DNA from: Mobula hypostoma
Lineage: Eukaryota
Assembly (NCBI RefSeq): GCF_963921235.1
Contig: NC_086109.1
Location: 31,064,001-31,128,000, forward strand
Direction of reading: 5' to 3'
Length of the DNA: 64,000 nt
The position numbers and the translations under genes were made by a program. Positions 12,731-26,135 of the stretch are shown here, in pieces. Each line of letters opens with the position of its first letter. The stretch's first letter is position 1. A model generated the notes under the pieces. It was not told the origin of the DNA, made no database searches, and was given only the letters and a program-made list of their open reading frames with translations.

Positions 12731-13214
12731 GATACAGTGGAGACCTTAGGTGGAAAAGATGTGAAGAGAAAGAAATTTCTGCAAACCACAAGAGAAATTC
12801 TTCCAGGTGCACACTCTGAACTGAGTAGAGACGGTCATGTGAAACAGTTCCAGGCATCAAGCCCTGAGTACGTGGATGCAGTGCCACAAGTTCAATAGTA
12901 TCCTTAACAGCAACTGAATGTTAAATGTTTAACAAGATCAACCATGATCATGTTAAAGGATGTACCAGGTTTGAAAGGCCGAGTGGCCTACCCTTGCTCC
13001 TATTTTGTACGCTCATACTGGTGTATAGGTTGCTCACCACCATCATCAATTTTCTCATCAGTGGACAATATTTTGTCTCATTTTCCATCTATACGTTTTC
13101 TGCAGATACTTGGATACAGCTGGAGCAGTGGACTGCTACAGAATGAAGCATCAAAAAAGCAATCAGCGTAAAAGGACTTTTCCTAAATGATTTGTTCCCT
13201 GTGAGCTACTAGAC

Positions 13215-13866
13215 CAAGTCATAGAATTGGGTACAATTACAGTGGTTAAATGACATTTGGCCATATCAGTTTGAGGATCTTCATCTTGTTGTGTTGGAGA
13301 GGTTTGTGAGCTTGAGATCCTGAGAGACAGAGTTAGCCATCTGGTGCTTAGCTCCTGGTAGGGTCATCCATAGTCAAGGGGTTGGTTCCAGATAAAGAAC
13401 AATCCAACCAGAGCCGCAGCGGTGGAGCTGGCATGAGATGATGACAGATCATAACAAAAGTGAAGGTGGAGGAAGGCTGCAGCAGTGAAGATTCCCTAGT
13501 CATCCTGCATTCCATGCCACTGGACTCTAACATCAACCCACAAGGACTGTGTGGTAGCTGCCCATGCAACAGCCTTCAAACAAAAGTCAATCAAGGTCAC
13601 ACACAGGCATTCTCCATTAAGGGAATCCACTCTAATATCCAGAATGTGGATCCCAGATCAACCTCTACAGCTACCTGAGGACTTACCAATAGACAACCCC
13701 TTTGGAGAAGGGGTACTTTGCTTGAATGACCACAGAAGGAAGGAAAAATGGTAAGGATTAGAGAAATATAGGCTAATGAACAGAAATGGGAATAGCTCAA
13801 GAATACAGCTTGGCTGGCATGGATGAGTTGGGCTGAAAGGCTTATTTTTGTACTGTATAACTCTAG
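13215..13866 (+). mobile_element. CR1 3' tail split by an insertion at about 13261-13730
   Basis: ggtacaattacagtggttaaatgacatttgg resumes near 13732 and ends ggcatggatgagttgggctgaaaggc...gtactgtataactcta. Confidence 0.65.
13261..13730 (+). mobile_element. Non-autonomous element resembling an RTE/Expander 5' UTR
   Basis: cttgttgtgttggagaggtttgtg...ctcctggtagggtcatccat...ccagataaagaacaatcc resembles RTE-clade 5' UTRs (from memory). It interrupts a CR1 tail; no clean TSD. Confidence 0.5.
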
Positions 13867-14699
13867 GAAGATATTCATCATAGCTCAGCCTGATGTTGAA
13901 AGAGTGGAATATCATCTGGTTGTGACTAAGGGTGCATTTAACACATAGCACTTGTGAGGTTGTGTACGTGGAGTCAATGACATTCTGAACCATGGGAACC
14001 CATGAATTCTACCAAAACCACATGCTTTCTGTATCTTTTGATCTGTGACAAAAGTAAACAACATTCAGTTAGCTCTCAGTGAAGGCATGCCTTTCTTCAT
14101 GCTACAATTATGGCAAACTGTGTGATGTGGATATTTCCAGCTTAGGTCTCGAAGGAGCAAGACACTTAGAAGTTGCCATATTCACCTTGACAATTTGTGT
14201 CTTTCCCTTCCCCTAATCCTGCATCAACTAGTACATCTTAGTAAATATGCCCTTATTGAAGCACAGATACAGCACTCATTTCACACCTTGTCTGATTAGT
14301 CTTGCCCTTGTTTTCCCATGACTGGTTTGCACAGGTGGCTTGAAGTCGACAAACATTTCTTTGGCATCTGGCACACCGCTCCACATAGACTTTTGCAACT
14401 GTAGAGGCCAACTGAAAACCTAAAACTCTGTGGAAATATACCAGCAGAAAGCAAAAAAAAAATCTAAGAACCAGTGTGAAAGTAATTTGATAGATCCCTT
14501 TGAATACACCTGGTTGTTGGGAGGAGGTAGCTGGGGGCATGACCTTCATGCTGTAAAATGCAACTAATTCGTGGATGTGCAAGAGAACATTCACTTCCAA
14601 AGTAGCAGCATGAGTCAAATCAGTATTTAACAATTGTTCACTGCATTCAATACCTCCACTAGGATGACAGCAGGTAACCCACATATCCTGTGGTTTTTT

Positions 14700-15262
14700 T
14701 TCCCTTCATATTCACCCAGGATCTCTCACTCCTCTTTCTCTAGCTCCCATCCAATGTTGTTTCCTTCCCTCATCTGGGCTGATCTGCCTTTCACTCACAC
14801 TACTTAACCTGCTAGGTCCCCTGTCCCCTTCCCTTACTGGTTCCATCTGCCCATTAGTCCTCCTTTAACTGGTTCTACTTTGCTTATCAGATTCTAGCAC
14901 CTGTAACTATTTTGTCTGCACTTCATTTCTCCACCTAGCTCCTTCTGCCCTTCCACCCCATCTTCTTTTTCTCTCCCGATCTAATTTTCTATCTATCGTC
15001 CACCCAACTGCTACCTTCCAACTCCACCATCCCTCTCCTCCTCTACCTGGCTACATCTGTGCATCATCCCCTCCTCAGCTGGATCCACCCATCACCTGCC
15101 TGCCCCGCACATCCCTCCCTCTCATCTCTTTATACTGACAACCTTCCTTTTGGACTTTCACTCCTGATGCAGGGTCTTGATCTGAAATGGCAATTATACC
15201 CCTGCTTTCCAAGATGCTCTATGATCTGCTGAGTTCTTCCAGAAGTTTGCTTGTGGCTCCAG
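14700..15262 (+). mobile_element. Penelope-like element 3' UTR/pLTR (CT-rich), degenerate
   Basis: Pyrimidine-rich body ending ctcctgatgcagggtcttgatctgaaa...gatgct...ctgctgagttcttccag. Confidence 0.65.
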
Positions 15263-15316
15263 CTTTGAGTACAAACTTACTATTTACTTCTTCCATTTCC
15301 TGTCATTGAAATTTCC

Positions 15317-15840
15317 ACATTCATGGCATCAACACTGATTTATCTGACTTCCAGTAACTACATCCCTCTGTACTCACCCCGCCCCCATTTGTATTCCCTT
15401 ATCCATCTGGCCCTTCCATCCCTTTTCTTTCCCCTCATCTATCCTCACAAACTGTTCGTCACCTACAGTATACCTTTCTCCCTCTGGTTCCCCACTTCCT
15501 TCCAATTCTTCTATGATCTACCACAATACACTGCCCTCTCCTGTCTGATCCCTCCTTCTGCAACCCTTTGTCTCTTCCACCTATCACCTTCCAGCTTCTC
15601 ACATTATTCACTTTCTCCCCCCTCTCCCACGTTCCCCTCCCCCCCACCACCCCACTGGGTATCACCAATCTCCTGCCAGCTCATGCTCCTCTCCTACTCC
15701 ATTCTTCTATTCTGGCCTCTGCTCTCTTTCTTTCTAGTTGTAATGAAGGGTCTTGGCTCAAGATATTGATTGTCTATTTCCCCTCATAGATGCTGCCTGA
15801 TCTTTTGAGCTCCTCCAGCATTTTGAATGTGTTATTCCAT
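15317..15840 (+). mobile_element. Penelope-like element ORF C-terminus plus pLTR
   Basis: catggcatcaacactgatttatctgacttccagtaa reads HGINTDLSDFQ*, like the P.G.N ending of GIY-YIG Penelope ORFs. It is followed by a CT-rich UTR and atgaagggtcttggc...gatgctgcctga...ctccagcattttg. Confidence 0.7.
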
Positions 15841-16889
15841 CTTCTCACCACTGCTGGGGTCAAGAGGTTTTCTCTCATTTCCTAAGCAGTTTTCTTGCCA
15901 ACTGTTTCTCACCGATGGCCAGTATTTATGGTGTTCTTCATAATCAGAAACACTTTCTCTGCATTTTTTCATTTAAAACTTTGCAAAATTGTAAAAGCTT
16001 CTAATTAGTTATCCACCTTTCTACTTAGTTATCCATTTTTGTCCTTTTTTGAATGTTCTCACATAACTATAATTATTCTTGTAAATCTTCTTTGCACCTT
16101 CTCAAGTACCTCAATTCGTTGCAATCGTCCTCAATTTTGATTATCTACAAATCATTTACAAATTCATAAATTATGTTTTTAATTCTATAGTCTAAATCAT
16201 TCCATAAATTCTAAGAAACAAAGGTCTAACAGCCGAGCTTTGTTGAATGTCACTGTGCATCTCTCACTGTAAATTGCTTCCGTGTTCTGCTTTCTGTCTT
16301 GAAGCTGGGTTTTTTCATCTATCCATCCATGTGTATGCCCAGTTCACGTCTTGGCTATATTTTCCTTGCTGAAAGTTGTTTGAAATTTGAGATAAATTAA
16401 TTCTTCATGACTAATGTCTATTCTCTATGTTACATTTTCAAAACAAATGAATAAGTTCGGACAGGTAAGCTTAACTGTTTGAAATCCATTCTGATGATTC
16501 AATACTAATATTTTGTTGTTGCATTTTCTCTATTCCTTCCTTTAGTAAAGACTCATTATTTTTCTTACCACTTAAAATAAGCTGACTTTTCTATAGTTCC
16601 ATGGAAATGATCTATTCCTCTTTGTAAATGTAGGTATTATATTACCTACTGATCAGTCCTCTGCCACTACATCTTTTCAACAAGTTATTAAATAAATACA
16701 GTAATGCTTCTGCCCATCCTACCTCCAGATATTTAAAAAATGCGGATGCTTTCAATCTGGACTGGGGTGTCATCTTCTACATTATCCAATATATCCTTTC
16801 TTTTCTGCTGTAAATCTGTTAATCTCATCATTCACCACTTCATTTAATATCATGCTTTCCTGTTCTAACAACCCCTTAATTCCAGTAAG

Positions 16890-17262
16890 ATGACAGTGAA
16901 CCAGGACACAGTGGCCTCTCCGCGGTCAACCAAAAGTATCTTTATCTTTTTTAGAAAGCTTTTTTATGATGACACGATACTGCTGGACATTAAGATCTTC
17001 AAGTACTGCTGGTCTACAGCAAGTTGCTTGTTAGTGGAGGAGCTGGACTAGGTGTGGATCTGTCACCTTGGGACTTGAGCTTTAATATATTTTTTTAAGT
17101 GACTGTATTTTTACTGCTAGCTTATATGTGCTATATTGTATGTGCCTCGTGCTGTGTATGGCCGTTGGTACTGTGATTTGCAGCTTGGCCCCAGAGGAAC
17201 ACTGTTTGTTTGGCTGTATTCATGGGTATTTGCTTATGGTTGAGTGATAATGAAACTTGAAA
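16890..17262 (+). mobile_element. Non-autonomous retroposon remnant
   Basis: Tail gtgctgtgtatg...ttggccccagaggaacactgtt...tgagtgataatgaaacttgaa. Family not assigned. Confidence 0.45.
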
Positions 17263-20114
17263 TTTTGGTGAAATATAATGGAATGTTTCATCTCTGTCCT
17301 CCTGCTTATCTGTCTATTTTTAATATACCCAGTACATGAACACTATTTTAATTTGTGGTAAATATCTTGAATAATGTGGGTCCTGGAATGGTTTTGGGAT
17401 TGAGTATATTAAAATACTCTATAGTTATGATCCTACTTCAAGATATTTTAATTCTGGATCATTTTTATTCTGTTGTCTAAAGTTTCAACTGAACATAGTA
17501 AGCAGTAATGTATAAGTGCTAAATAGGGAGCATAATTATCTTAGAGACACATGATCCTTGATAAATATCATTTATGGAAAAGTGTTCTCTAGTCATCCTC
17601 AGTTTTCAAGTAACATCCAGATTAAATCCAGAGTGGCCTTTCATTAATAGTTATTGTTTTAATGTCATACATTGCCTTTATTTGACTCTTTGTGGAATAT
17701 TCTCTGAAAACATAATTTTTAAAATGGAGGAGATCCAAAAATTCAAAAAAAAGTTTAGATTTATTTGTCACATGCACATGAAAACATAGTGTGCAATGCA
17801 TCATTTGCGTCAACAATCAACATCGTACAAATACTGCAATATGATTGTTTCCATTGGGGTGAGGCTTCTAGTGTTATATACAGTATATCATTGTACTTCC
17901 AAACTGCGGTGGCCACTGGTTCCACGCCAGTATTGACAGATTGTTCAATTTGCCTGTCATCAACAGGTTTATTATATCTCTGTTTTGCCACTACAGAACA
18001 CTCAACAATAGCAGACACTTCACTGCTTGGAGTAGAGAAAGCTGCACATCTCAGCAACTGTGCAATAGTCTGCTGATGGTTGATTGAAACAAACACATTA
18101 ATCCAAGAAAGAACACTTTGAGTTATATTTCGAATCTTCAAAGGGACAAAAATGTCCTCCACTGAATTATTATGTGATGAATCAAGTATTTATTTTTGCT
18201 ATGGATAAAAGGAATGTCTTTTGTCTTAGCTAATTAGCTCTAAATATCTTGCTGGTGCAGGCGACTCTTGTTAATAGTCATATAAAAACTTGGCTATCAC
18301 CTTCAAAACATGTTTAAATGTTAATGCAATAATATACAATTACAATGCATATTTGCCCCCTCAGCATATGACAGATACAGTTGTAGCTAAATCTAATCTA
18401 TATGTTCACCATTACAATATACAATCATGTCAATGGTTGCAAGATCCTATTAAATTAGTCTGTAAATGTTATAGGTGCAGAGTTACATCTTTTCATAAGT
18501 AATAGTTGGAAATTTTAGTAGAAATTGGAAGGAGACAGTCATGAAAGTAAGGCAGAAAAAATAGCACAAAATTCATTGGTATATTGATTTTAGTTCCACT
18601 TCATCGGACCATGGAGAGTCTCTCACATTGTTGGGAAGAAAGTTGATTAGAGACCCAAGAAATGGTGTATTGTAACTGCACTGAGTCCAGTGATTAGGGC
18701 AGTAGGTGTCAATAATAGTCAATCCTTCAGCGTGCAAAAATAACAGCCAGATGTCCAAACTATAAGCTGTCGCTTGTTGATCAGTGATACAAAGACTGCC
18801 ATAACATTTTCAAAACCGTCAGTGCAACTAATCTGTTTAGTTAATTATTTATATCTACATTGTCACTTGGTCATAAATTAACACATCAGTATTTGAGGTT
18901 ATATTCTGCTGACTGAACTCAGGATATATATATGAAGATTGATTCTTACAGTGTCTGAGGTTATCACTTTTTTTGAATGAAAACATTAATTTTAAATTTA
19001 CTTTCTTCCCATCTCTTATTTTTTTTTTTAAAAAATTCCTTTCCACTATGTGTATTAACGTCAGTCACATGGAAATCTGTTCCCAATCAAATTATATCAA
19101 TTAAGGTTTAAGTTGTAAGATAATTTTTTGCAAAAACTATTCTAATGATTTGAGTATCTAAGGAAAGTTAATTGAAATTCACATTGTTCCATATGCTAAT
19201 AGGCATGATATGTGCATGGCACAAATGAGTTTTGACTTGAAATGTTGAAAAAACACTTAATAGTATTCAAGATATACTGTATATAATGGAATAGAACTCT
19301 AGTTCACTTCATCAGAATGTGTTGCATGACCACTGATACTTCTGAAGTTTCTAGATTGTACAATACAATGGGAATCAAGTTATTAGCTGGCAGTTTGTGA
19401 ACAATTTGCATTAATTTCAGTTCTCTGACTTTCATTCAGTTGTACAGTATATCATTAGTTTTCCCATGAACTACTGCAAATAAGCGATTTCAGATTTTTT
19501 AAAATTATTTGTTAAAATAAATCCATGTATTTATAAAAAAAGATGTACTTTAATTATTACACCTAAAATGTATTTATCTCAAAATATGTTTTAAATCAAT
19601 TTCAGCATTTTAACCCAAAATAAATTTCAAACCATTGCATCAACCTATGAGTTATAAAATGGATGTAATTTCTGCAAAATTTCTCTAAAATGTTTTGTTT
19701 TAGATATTAGTTTTCCTTTTATCAATTTTATTATGTGTCACACCTCTGATCTGATAACATTTTGCGTGGAGTCATGTTATCAGTTTGTTATGGTAATTGT
19801 GCTGCATTCCTGTTGTAGTATTAAAGTGATCTGTTTCCATATTATAGTACAGTCAATATCACAAAATAGCACAAATCAACACAGTATTTGAACAATAGAA
19901 GCATTTTTTAACTCTCAATCAATTCAGCAAATATATCATTTCCCATTATCAGTTTTTATTGATTCTGATGTGCTAATATTGAACTAATTTATTTGTTCAC
20001 TAAATTCCCTTAACAGTGGATCAAATAATATTGTAGCAATCGGACAATCTAAGTGCCTTATAAAGTTTACAGTTTCAATAAATATGTTTTTATATTTACT
20101 TTTATAAAAGTAAG

Positions 20115-20733
20115 TGTGGGTGTGAGGCGAGGTCGAAGCATGTCGAGGTGAGGTCGAGGTGTATTTGAGACAAAGCAGGGCGAGTGGAGCGGAGTAGAGG
20201 CAGATTCAAGGCCTGTCCACCTAAACCTAAGGGTGAGGTTTGATCAGTCTAAGTGCAGGCCTATTTGGAAAGGTCGGGTCTGGGCCGAAACGTGGCAGCG
20301 AAGTCCGTGCCCGGAGTGTATCGATGCGAGAGGGTCTAGGTCCTGGTGTGAGGAACGACACAATGTTTGGATGATTTAAACGCTGAGCCAGATGGATTGA
20401 AAAGGCAAGGTGCCGAGATGAGAGGTGAGGGTCAGGCCTGCTCTGCTCGCTGCTCTGGGCTCCACAACAATATCTCGTCCCTGCGCTAAATTGCGCTTGA
20501 GACTGTGGCCTGCTCTGGGCTTCGTGTCTATGGACTCACTGTTGTTCTGGATGCTGTTTACTTTTATTGTTTGCATGATGTGTTTTTCTCCTCTCTGCAC
20601 ATTGGCTGTTTCATAGCCTTCCTGTTGTTCTGGGTTCTGTTGGGTTTCCTTGTTTTGTGGCTGCCTATAAGAAGATAGATTTCAACGTTGTATAATGTAC
20701 ACATACTTTGATAATAAATGTAGTTTGAACTTT
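20115..20733 (+). mobile_element. Non-autonomous retroposon with CpG-rich head and LINE-type tail
   Basis: Head with repeated gaggtcga. Tail catactttgataataaatgtagtttgaacttt is shared with fragments at about 37080-37180 (+) and 37965-38070 (-). Confidence 0.55.
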
Positions 20734-20773
20734 AAATGATTTTGAGGAGAAACATCATTCAGTTGTCCTGCCA

Positions 20774-20900
20774 ATGGGTCTCAGCACAGAACGTCAACTG
20801 TGCATTTTTTTTCCTCATAGATGCTGCCTGGCCTGCTGAGTTCCTCCAGCATTTTGTGTGTGTTGCTTGGATTTGCAGCATCTGCAGATTTTCTCTTATT
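20774..20900 (+). mobile_element. Penelope-like pLTR remnant
   Basis: gggtctcagcacagaacgtcaactgt...atagatgctgcctggcctgctgagttcctccagcattttgtgtgtgttgc...cagcatctgcaga. Confidence 0.75.
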
Positions 20901-22224
20901 TGTGATTCAGTTGTCTCGTGTGGTTGGAATTTCATCCATGATCACCAGTGAAACATGAAACACTCAATCCTAAAGGAACTAACCAATGCTTTTTTCAATG
21001 TAGTGTTGCTGCTATATACTGTAGTTTGCCTATAGTGAATGATCAGGGTGGGTTAATTTCTTGGCATCTATAGTTTTTCTAGCAACCTGGCATCTTTGAG
21101 CCTATTTACTCTCCCTTCAGCTAAGATAGGACTCATAAAGATGATCAAAATAATCAGAGAATTTATGTTGGCACCAAGTAAGTTTCTTGAAAATTACTCG
21201 ATGTTCACAAAATATTAGCCCTCATCTGCATTAAGGAGGGGGGAACGTCGACTTAAGGAAATCAATAAAAATGCTGAAGCAAGAACTTTGAAATGAAAGT
21301 AGAAACTTCCAGGCTGATAAAATATTCTTGGTTCAGGTTAAAGGTCCTTATAAGAACCAGTAAAGAGAGAGAGAGAAAAAAAAAACAGTTGGTTTTAACT
21401 TGCTAAGAAGGTGGAAATATCTGTGACGTGGTTAGGTCATTGTTGGCCAGGATTTGCTGTGGGAACATGTGGTGGTTGACGCAGAATTAACGTTTTGCAA
21501 CCCCATTTTCTGTATTATTGCTCTGTAACTGGCACTATTAATCTGCAGACCACTACATCCCCCACAGCAGTCCTCACGCAGAAATTCTGTAGGAACTGCT
21601 TATCCCTTCCCCCACCTTCTCATCTGCATAAAATGCACATTAATATGTATTCCAATGCCCAGTACTGATTGAAGTCTTATGACAGTCAGCTGATAGAAAT
21701 GAATGAAAACAGATTGAAGGTTATCTTGACTCAGTTTAAAGCTATAATACTTTAATGCATACTCAGAGTGCTGAATGTCTGTTTCAGTCAGACACCCTGG
21801 ACATTTGACTGTTAACCAGTAGGCCCGGTGTTGGAGACATGAGAAGCAAACCTGAAATTCAGTTTTTTCTTTACCCTACAAATAAGTGCCACAGAATTCA
21901 ATTTCTTTTTAGTGTTCTTTGCTTCAACTTCTTTGTATCATATAAACACAAGGATAAATATTAAATTCAATATAATTAATTTCCATAGTTCAAAAAGAAA
22001 TTCAAATCATTATATTACTGAAATGTGTTATTCTCAAGAGCAGGCACTGGTGATAAACTAACGTATCGAATATTGACTGTTCTATCTTGAGTTTATTCAA
22101 ATTTATTTGACAGTGTGAAATTATTCAAATTCGGAACATTCTAAAGGTAGTCATAATTAGTTTTAAACAAAAGAGAAGTTGTTTATATGCAGATGTCCAG
22201 ATTATCCCTCTTCACAGCTTTGAT

Positions 22225-22609
22225 TTGAGGCCTCCGTTGGTTGGTGTTGGCCACGGATGGTACATCCGATCTATTTGCAACTCAAGGCAGTACGATACAG
22301 AGAGCAGGCTGTTTCCCATGCCTCAGCCTCCACCCCCCCCCCCCCCCCCGTGCAGCTGAAGAATACTGTACGAAGGAACAGCAGAGACCGATAGAGTTTG
22401 GCACCAACAGCATCACAGGAGTTGCCAGTCAGCATTAAATTCAATGTTGGAATATCTTGGGGATTCCAGTTTTGGATCTTTCATTGGATGTTATTCCCGA
22501 GGCTTTCCCTAAGAGTTTTTATAGCCCCAAGACAGTGGAGGTTTGAAGTTAGAGTTTTTCTTCTCCTAGATAAGCTGCCAACCACGGCTGACGAGACCCA
22601 TCTGCCTAG
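22225..22609 (-). mobile_element. Short non-autonomous LINE derivative (Ingi/Vingi- or RTE-type) with TSD
   Basis: Flanks acagctttgat (22214-22224) and acaactttgat (22610-22620). Minus-strand head ggcagatgggtctcgtcagccgtggttggcagcttatctaggagaag. No tRNA boxes. Confidence 0.65.
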
Positions 22610-23639
22610 ACAACTTTGATATAAATTTACATTTTTATACTAAAGGTTTGACCCAATTATAGCTGCTAATAGTTGCTAAATGGAAATTTATGTGGTACAT
22701 TAATAAAAATTAGGGCTTCCAATTCTTTACTTTCTGAAATGTGAATTTAGGGAACCATAGCAACCAATTTGTACTCAGTAATGTGATTGAAAAGTAAATA
22801 AATGACCAATAACCTTTAATGTTAGTTATTTTGGCACAACATCTTGGGCCAAAGGGCCAGTTCCAATGCTGTATTTTTGTTCTGTGCTCTAGTTGGTACT
22901 GATTTATTAAAAAATATTTCTTTAAAACTGCATCATTTTTTATAGTTATTTTTATTTTGGTGATAAATGTCAACTTGATGCAGCTTTATCCAATCTCCTG
23001 ATGTTCCAGATACGTTGAAGAGGTTCCTCTTTGGTCTAAAGCAAACATAAATTATTTTTATAATTGTCAGAAGAAAATGTCAGGGAGACTGCACTAGTTC
23101 TGATTGAATTTGCACGCTAAGCAACGTATTGTGTGTATCAGAATCCTAAATCTCAGGTCTTTTGGTTGTAATCGCACAGAAAATGATTTGCAGAAACAAA
23201 TGCATACAAGAATGCATTCAGGAGAATTTAGAGTAGATGACTTTCAATGGTAGGTGTTAGGACAGATATCATACATCACTGGCTAATGGAGGATAATGGG
23301 GGTGGATCCAACATAACAACCTTGGAATAAATCACACAGTCACTTTAACCCAGATAGCAATTAGGCCTTTAACTTGTTGTGAACTAGGCCTTCATCCCCT
23401 GGTGAAGAGTTACTCCTGCATCCCATGCCCATACTGTTTGCAAAGCAAGTATTCATATTGAAAGCTTGCTAATCTGATGTGTGCAAAATGTCGTCATGTC
23501 TTGTACCTTCCATTTGTAAGCAAATCATCAATATGTGGAGGACTACATTGTAAAATCCAGTGGTATGCTGAGTTGTAGTTTTCAGGTAGATTCAACTGTG
23601 CAACAACATTTCTTGAATTGGCGAGCAAGAGCAACATCA

Positions 23640-26135
23640 TTGCGTGGTGGGAGCCATTTGAAGGAAAAGCAAATCTCACCGGGAGTGAGGTTTATTTGAG
23701 CATCAGAGTGGTAAGGCTTTGATGACAACAGATGGAGGCTAAGGGTGCTGAGTCATTTGTTATCACTTGTTTTGATTGTGGAACTTGGGTTTAAGAATTT
23801 GGAGCCCAAGATATAACAAGCTCGGCAAGAGAAGGTTGACTAAATGATCTAGGTGAGTCAGAAGGTTTCAGAGAGTAAGATAAGAACAAGTAAGGTTTTT
23901 TTTTAATTGTCTGTAAATCTTATGTTCAGTGTAAACAGGATGCTTAAGGTGATGGAATGCTCCTCCTGTGAGATGTGGCATTTCTGGGTATCTAACAGTC
24001 TCCCTGCAGGAAGTGTACCAAACTTCAGCTCCTAACTGACAAGGTCTAGGAATTGGAGCTGGAGCTGATTGTATTCAGGACCATCCAGAGGGCTAAAAAC
24101 CTCAGAGACGAACATTTACTGAGGTGGTCACACCCAGAGTGCAACGTTCAGATAGTAGATGGGTGACCATTGGGAGAAGTAAGGGGAATAAGCAGTCGGT
24201 GCAGGTTTCCCCTGTGGCTATTCCCCTCAGCAACAAGTATACCCATTTGGATACAGCTGGGAGACGATACATAATTAGGGCACCGCAGCAGTAGCCAGGC
24301 CAGTAGAATTCTGGCCAGCCCTGAGGCTCAGCAGGGAAAGGTAAGGGCGGGCAAGAGTGTTAGACAGGAACTACGGAGAGTTAATTAGAAAAAAACTGCT
24401 GTTTTAGGCAAGTCCACCTCTGTATGTTGGAAGGTGTTTAAAGACCAACTGCACAGAGTACAAGACAGGTATGCTCCAGTCAGAAGGAAGAAGGATGGCA
24501 AGGTAAGATTACCTTGGATGTCAAGTGTGGTGAGAATTATAAAGAAGCAGTAAACGAACTCAAGAAAAAAATTGGGAAAGCCAGAAGGGTCCATGAAATG
24601 TCCTTGGCAAGAAGAATTAAAGAGAAACCTTGTAAGGCATTCTGTACAGATATCAAGAGCAAGGGGATAACTAGGGTGAGGGTGAGACTGCTGAAGGATA
24701 AAGGCAGAAACATTTACTTCGATGCGAAGGATGTGGGTGAGGTGCTTAATGAGTACTTTATGTCAGCGTTCACCAAGGAGAAGGACATGGATGATCAGTG
24801 TCAAGAGCATTCATATGTTCAGGCATTTCAAAGTAAAGTAGGAGGTAGTGTTGAAACTCTTAAAAAGCATTAAGGTGGATAAGTCCCCAGGTCCTGATGG
24901 GATATTCTCCAGGTTTTTCAGAGAGGCTAGTGAGGAGATTGCTGTGCCCTCTCTAAGGTCCTGGAGGACTGGTGAGTAGCTAATTTTGTTCCATTGTTCA
25001 AGAAGGGAACCAGGGATAATCCTGGAAATTAACTTGGCCAAATGTGAAGTATTGCACCTTGGTAGGTCAAAGGTAGAGACAGTACATTGTTAAGGGCAAT
25101 CTCCTTAACAGTGTTGATGAACAGAGGGATCTTGGGGTCCAAGTTCATAGCTCCCTGAAAGTGGCTACTCAGGTTGATTTAAAGGCATCCGTTAGTCTTG
25201 TGAAATCATGGATCTGCACCTGGAAAGTCTTCACTCTCCAGGGCACAGGCCTGGGCAAGGTTGTATGGAAGACCAGCAGTTGCCCATGCTGCAAGTCTCC
25301 CCTCTCCATGGCACCAATGTTGTCCAAGGGAAGGGCATTAGGACCCATACAGCTTGGCACCGGTGTCGTTGCAGAGCAATGTGTGATTAAATGCTTTGCT
25401 CGAGGACACAACACGTTGCCTCAGCTGGGGCTCAAACTCACGACCTTCAGGTCGCTAGTCCAATGCCTTAACCACTTGGCCACGTGCCCACATACACAGG
25501 TTGATAGGCTGATTAAAAAGGTGTATGTCATACTTGCCTTTATTACTTGAGGCATTGAGTTCAAAAGTCAGAAAGTTATATTGCAGCTTTATAAAACTCC
25601 TGTTAGGCTGCATCTGGAGTATTGCATATAGTTCTGGTCGATCGTTAAAGGAAATATGTCAAGGTTTTGGAGAAGGTGCAGAAGATGTTTACTAGGATGC
25701 TCCCTTGATGACAGGCATATGCTATAATGAGAGGTTGTTTTTTACGGAGTGCCGGAGGCTAAGGAAAGATCTGATAGAGGTTTATAACATTATGAGTGGC
25801 ATAGATAGTGTAGAGAGGCAAGATCTTTTCCCCAGGGTTTAAATATCTAACACCAGAGGGAATGCATTTAAAGTGACAGGGGTAATTTCAGAGAAGATGT
25901 GAGGGGCAAGCTTTTTTACACAGAGCGGTGGGTACCTGGAATATTTTGTCCAGAGTGGAAGTTAAAGTTGAAGTTGAGAGACGTTTAGATAGGTACACAA
26001 ATGTGAGGAAAATTGAGGGATATGGACATGTAGGCATAAGGGGTTAGTTTAGATGGCCATTTGATGAGTAATTTAATTGGTTTGGCACAATATTGTGAGC
26101 TGAAGGGCCTGTTCCTGTGCTGACTGTTCTATATT
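23640..26135 (+). mobile_element. Internally deleted CR1 LINE (5' UTR, ORF1 remnant, ORF2 pieces, 3' tail)
   Basis: ORF1-like VMECSSCEMW..CRKCTKLQLLTDKV*ELELEL and PVAIPLSNKY. ORF2 pieces VLNEYFMSAFTKE, KVDKSPGPDGI and PGN joined to AKCEVLHLGRS. Tail gaagggcctgttcctgtgctg. Confidence 0.85.
25179..25492 (-). mobile_element. tRNA-head, CORE-like SINE nested in CR1, with TSD
   Basis: Flanks tactcaggttgat (25166-25178) and tacacaggttgat (25493-25505). Minus-strand A box TGGCCAAGTGG, B box GAGTTTGAGCC, then gtgttgtgtcctcgagcaaagcatttaa. Confidence 0.85.

Noticed and set aside
15323..15769. 148-aa Pro/Ser/Leu-rich ORF
   Set aside because: It is a translation of the CT-rich Penelope UTR.
17761..18162. 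133-aa minus-strand ORF
   Set aside because: No recognisable domain or splice signals, and it runs into a repeat tail.
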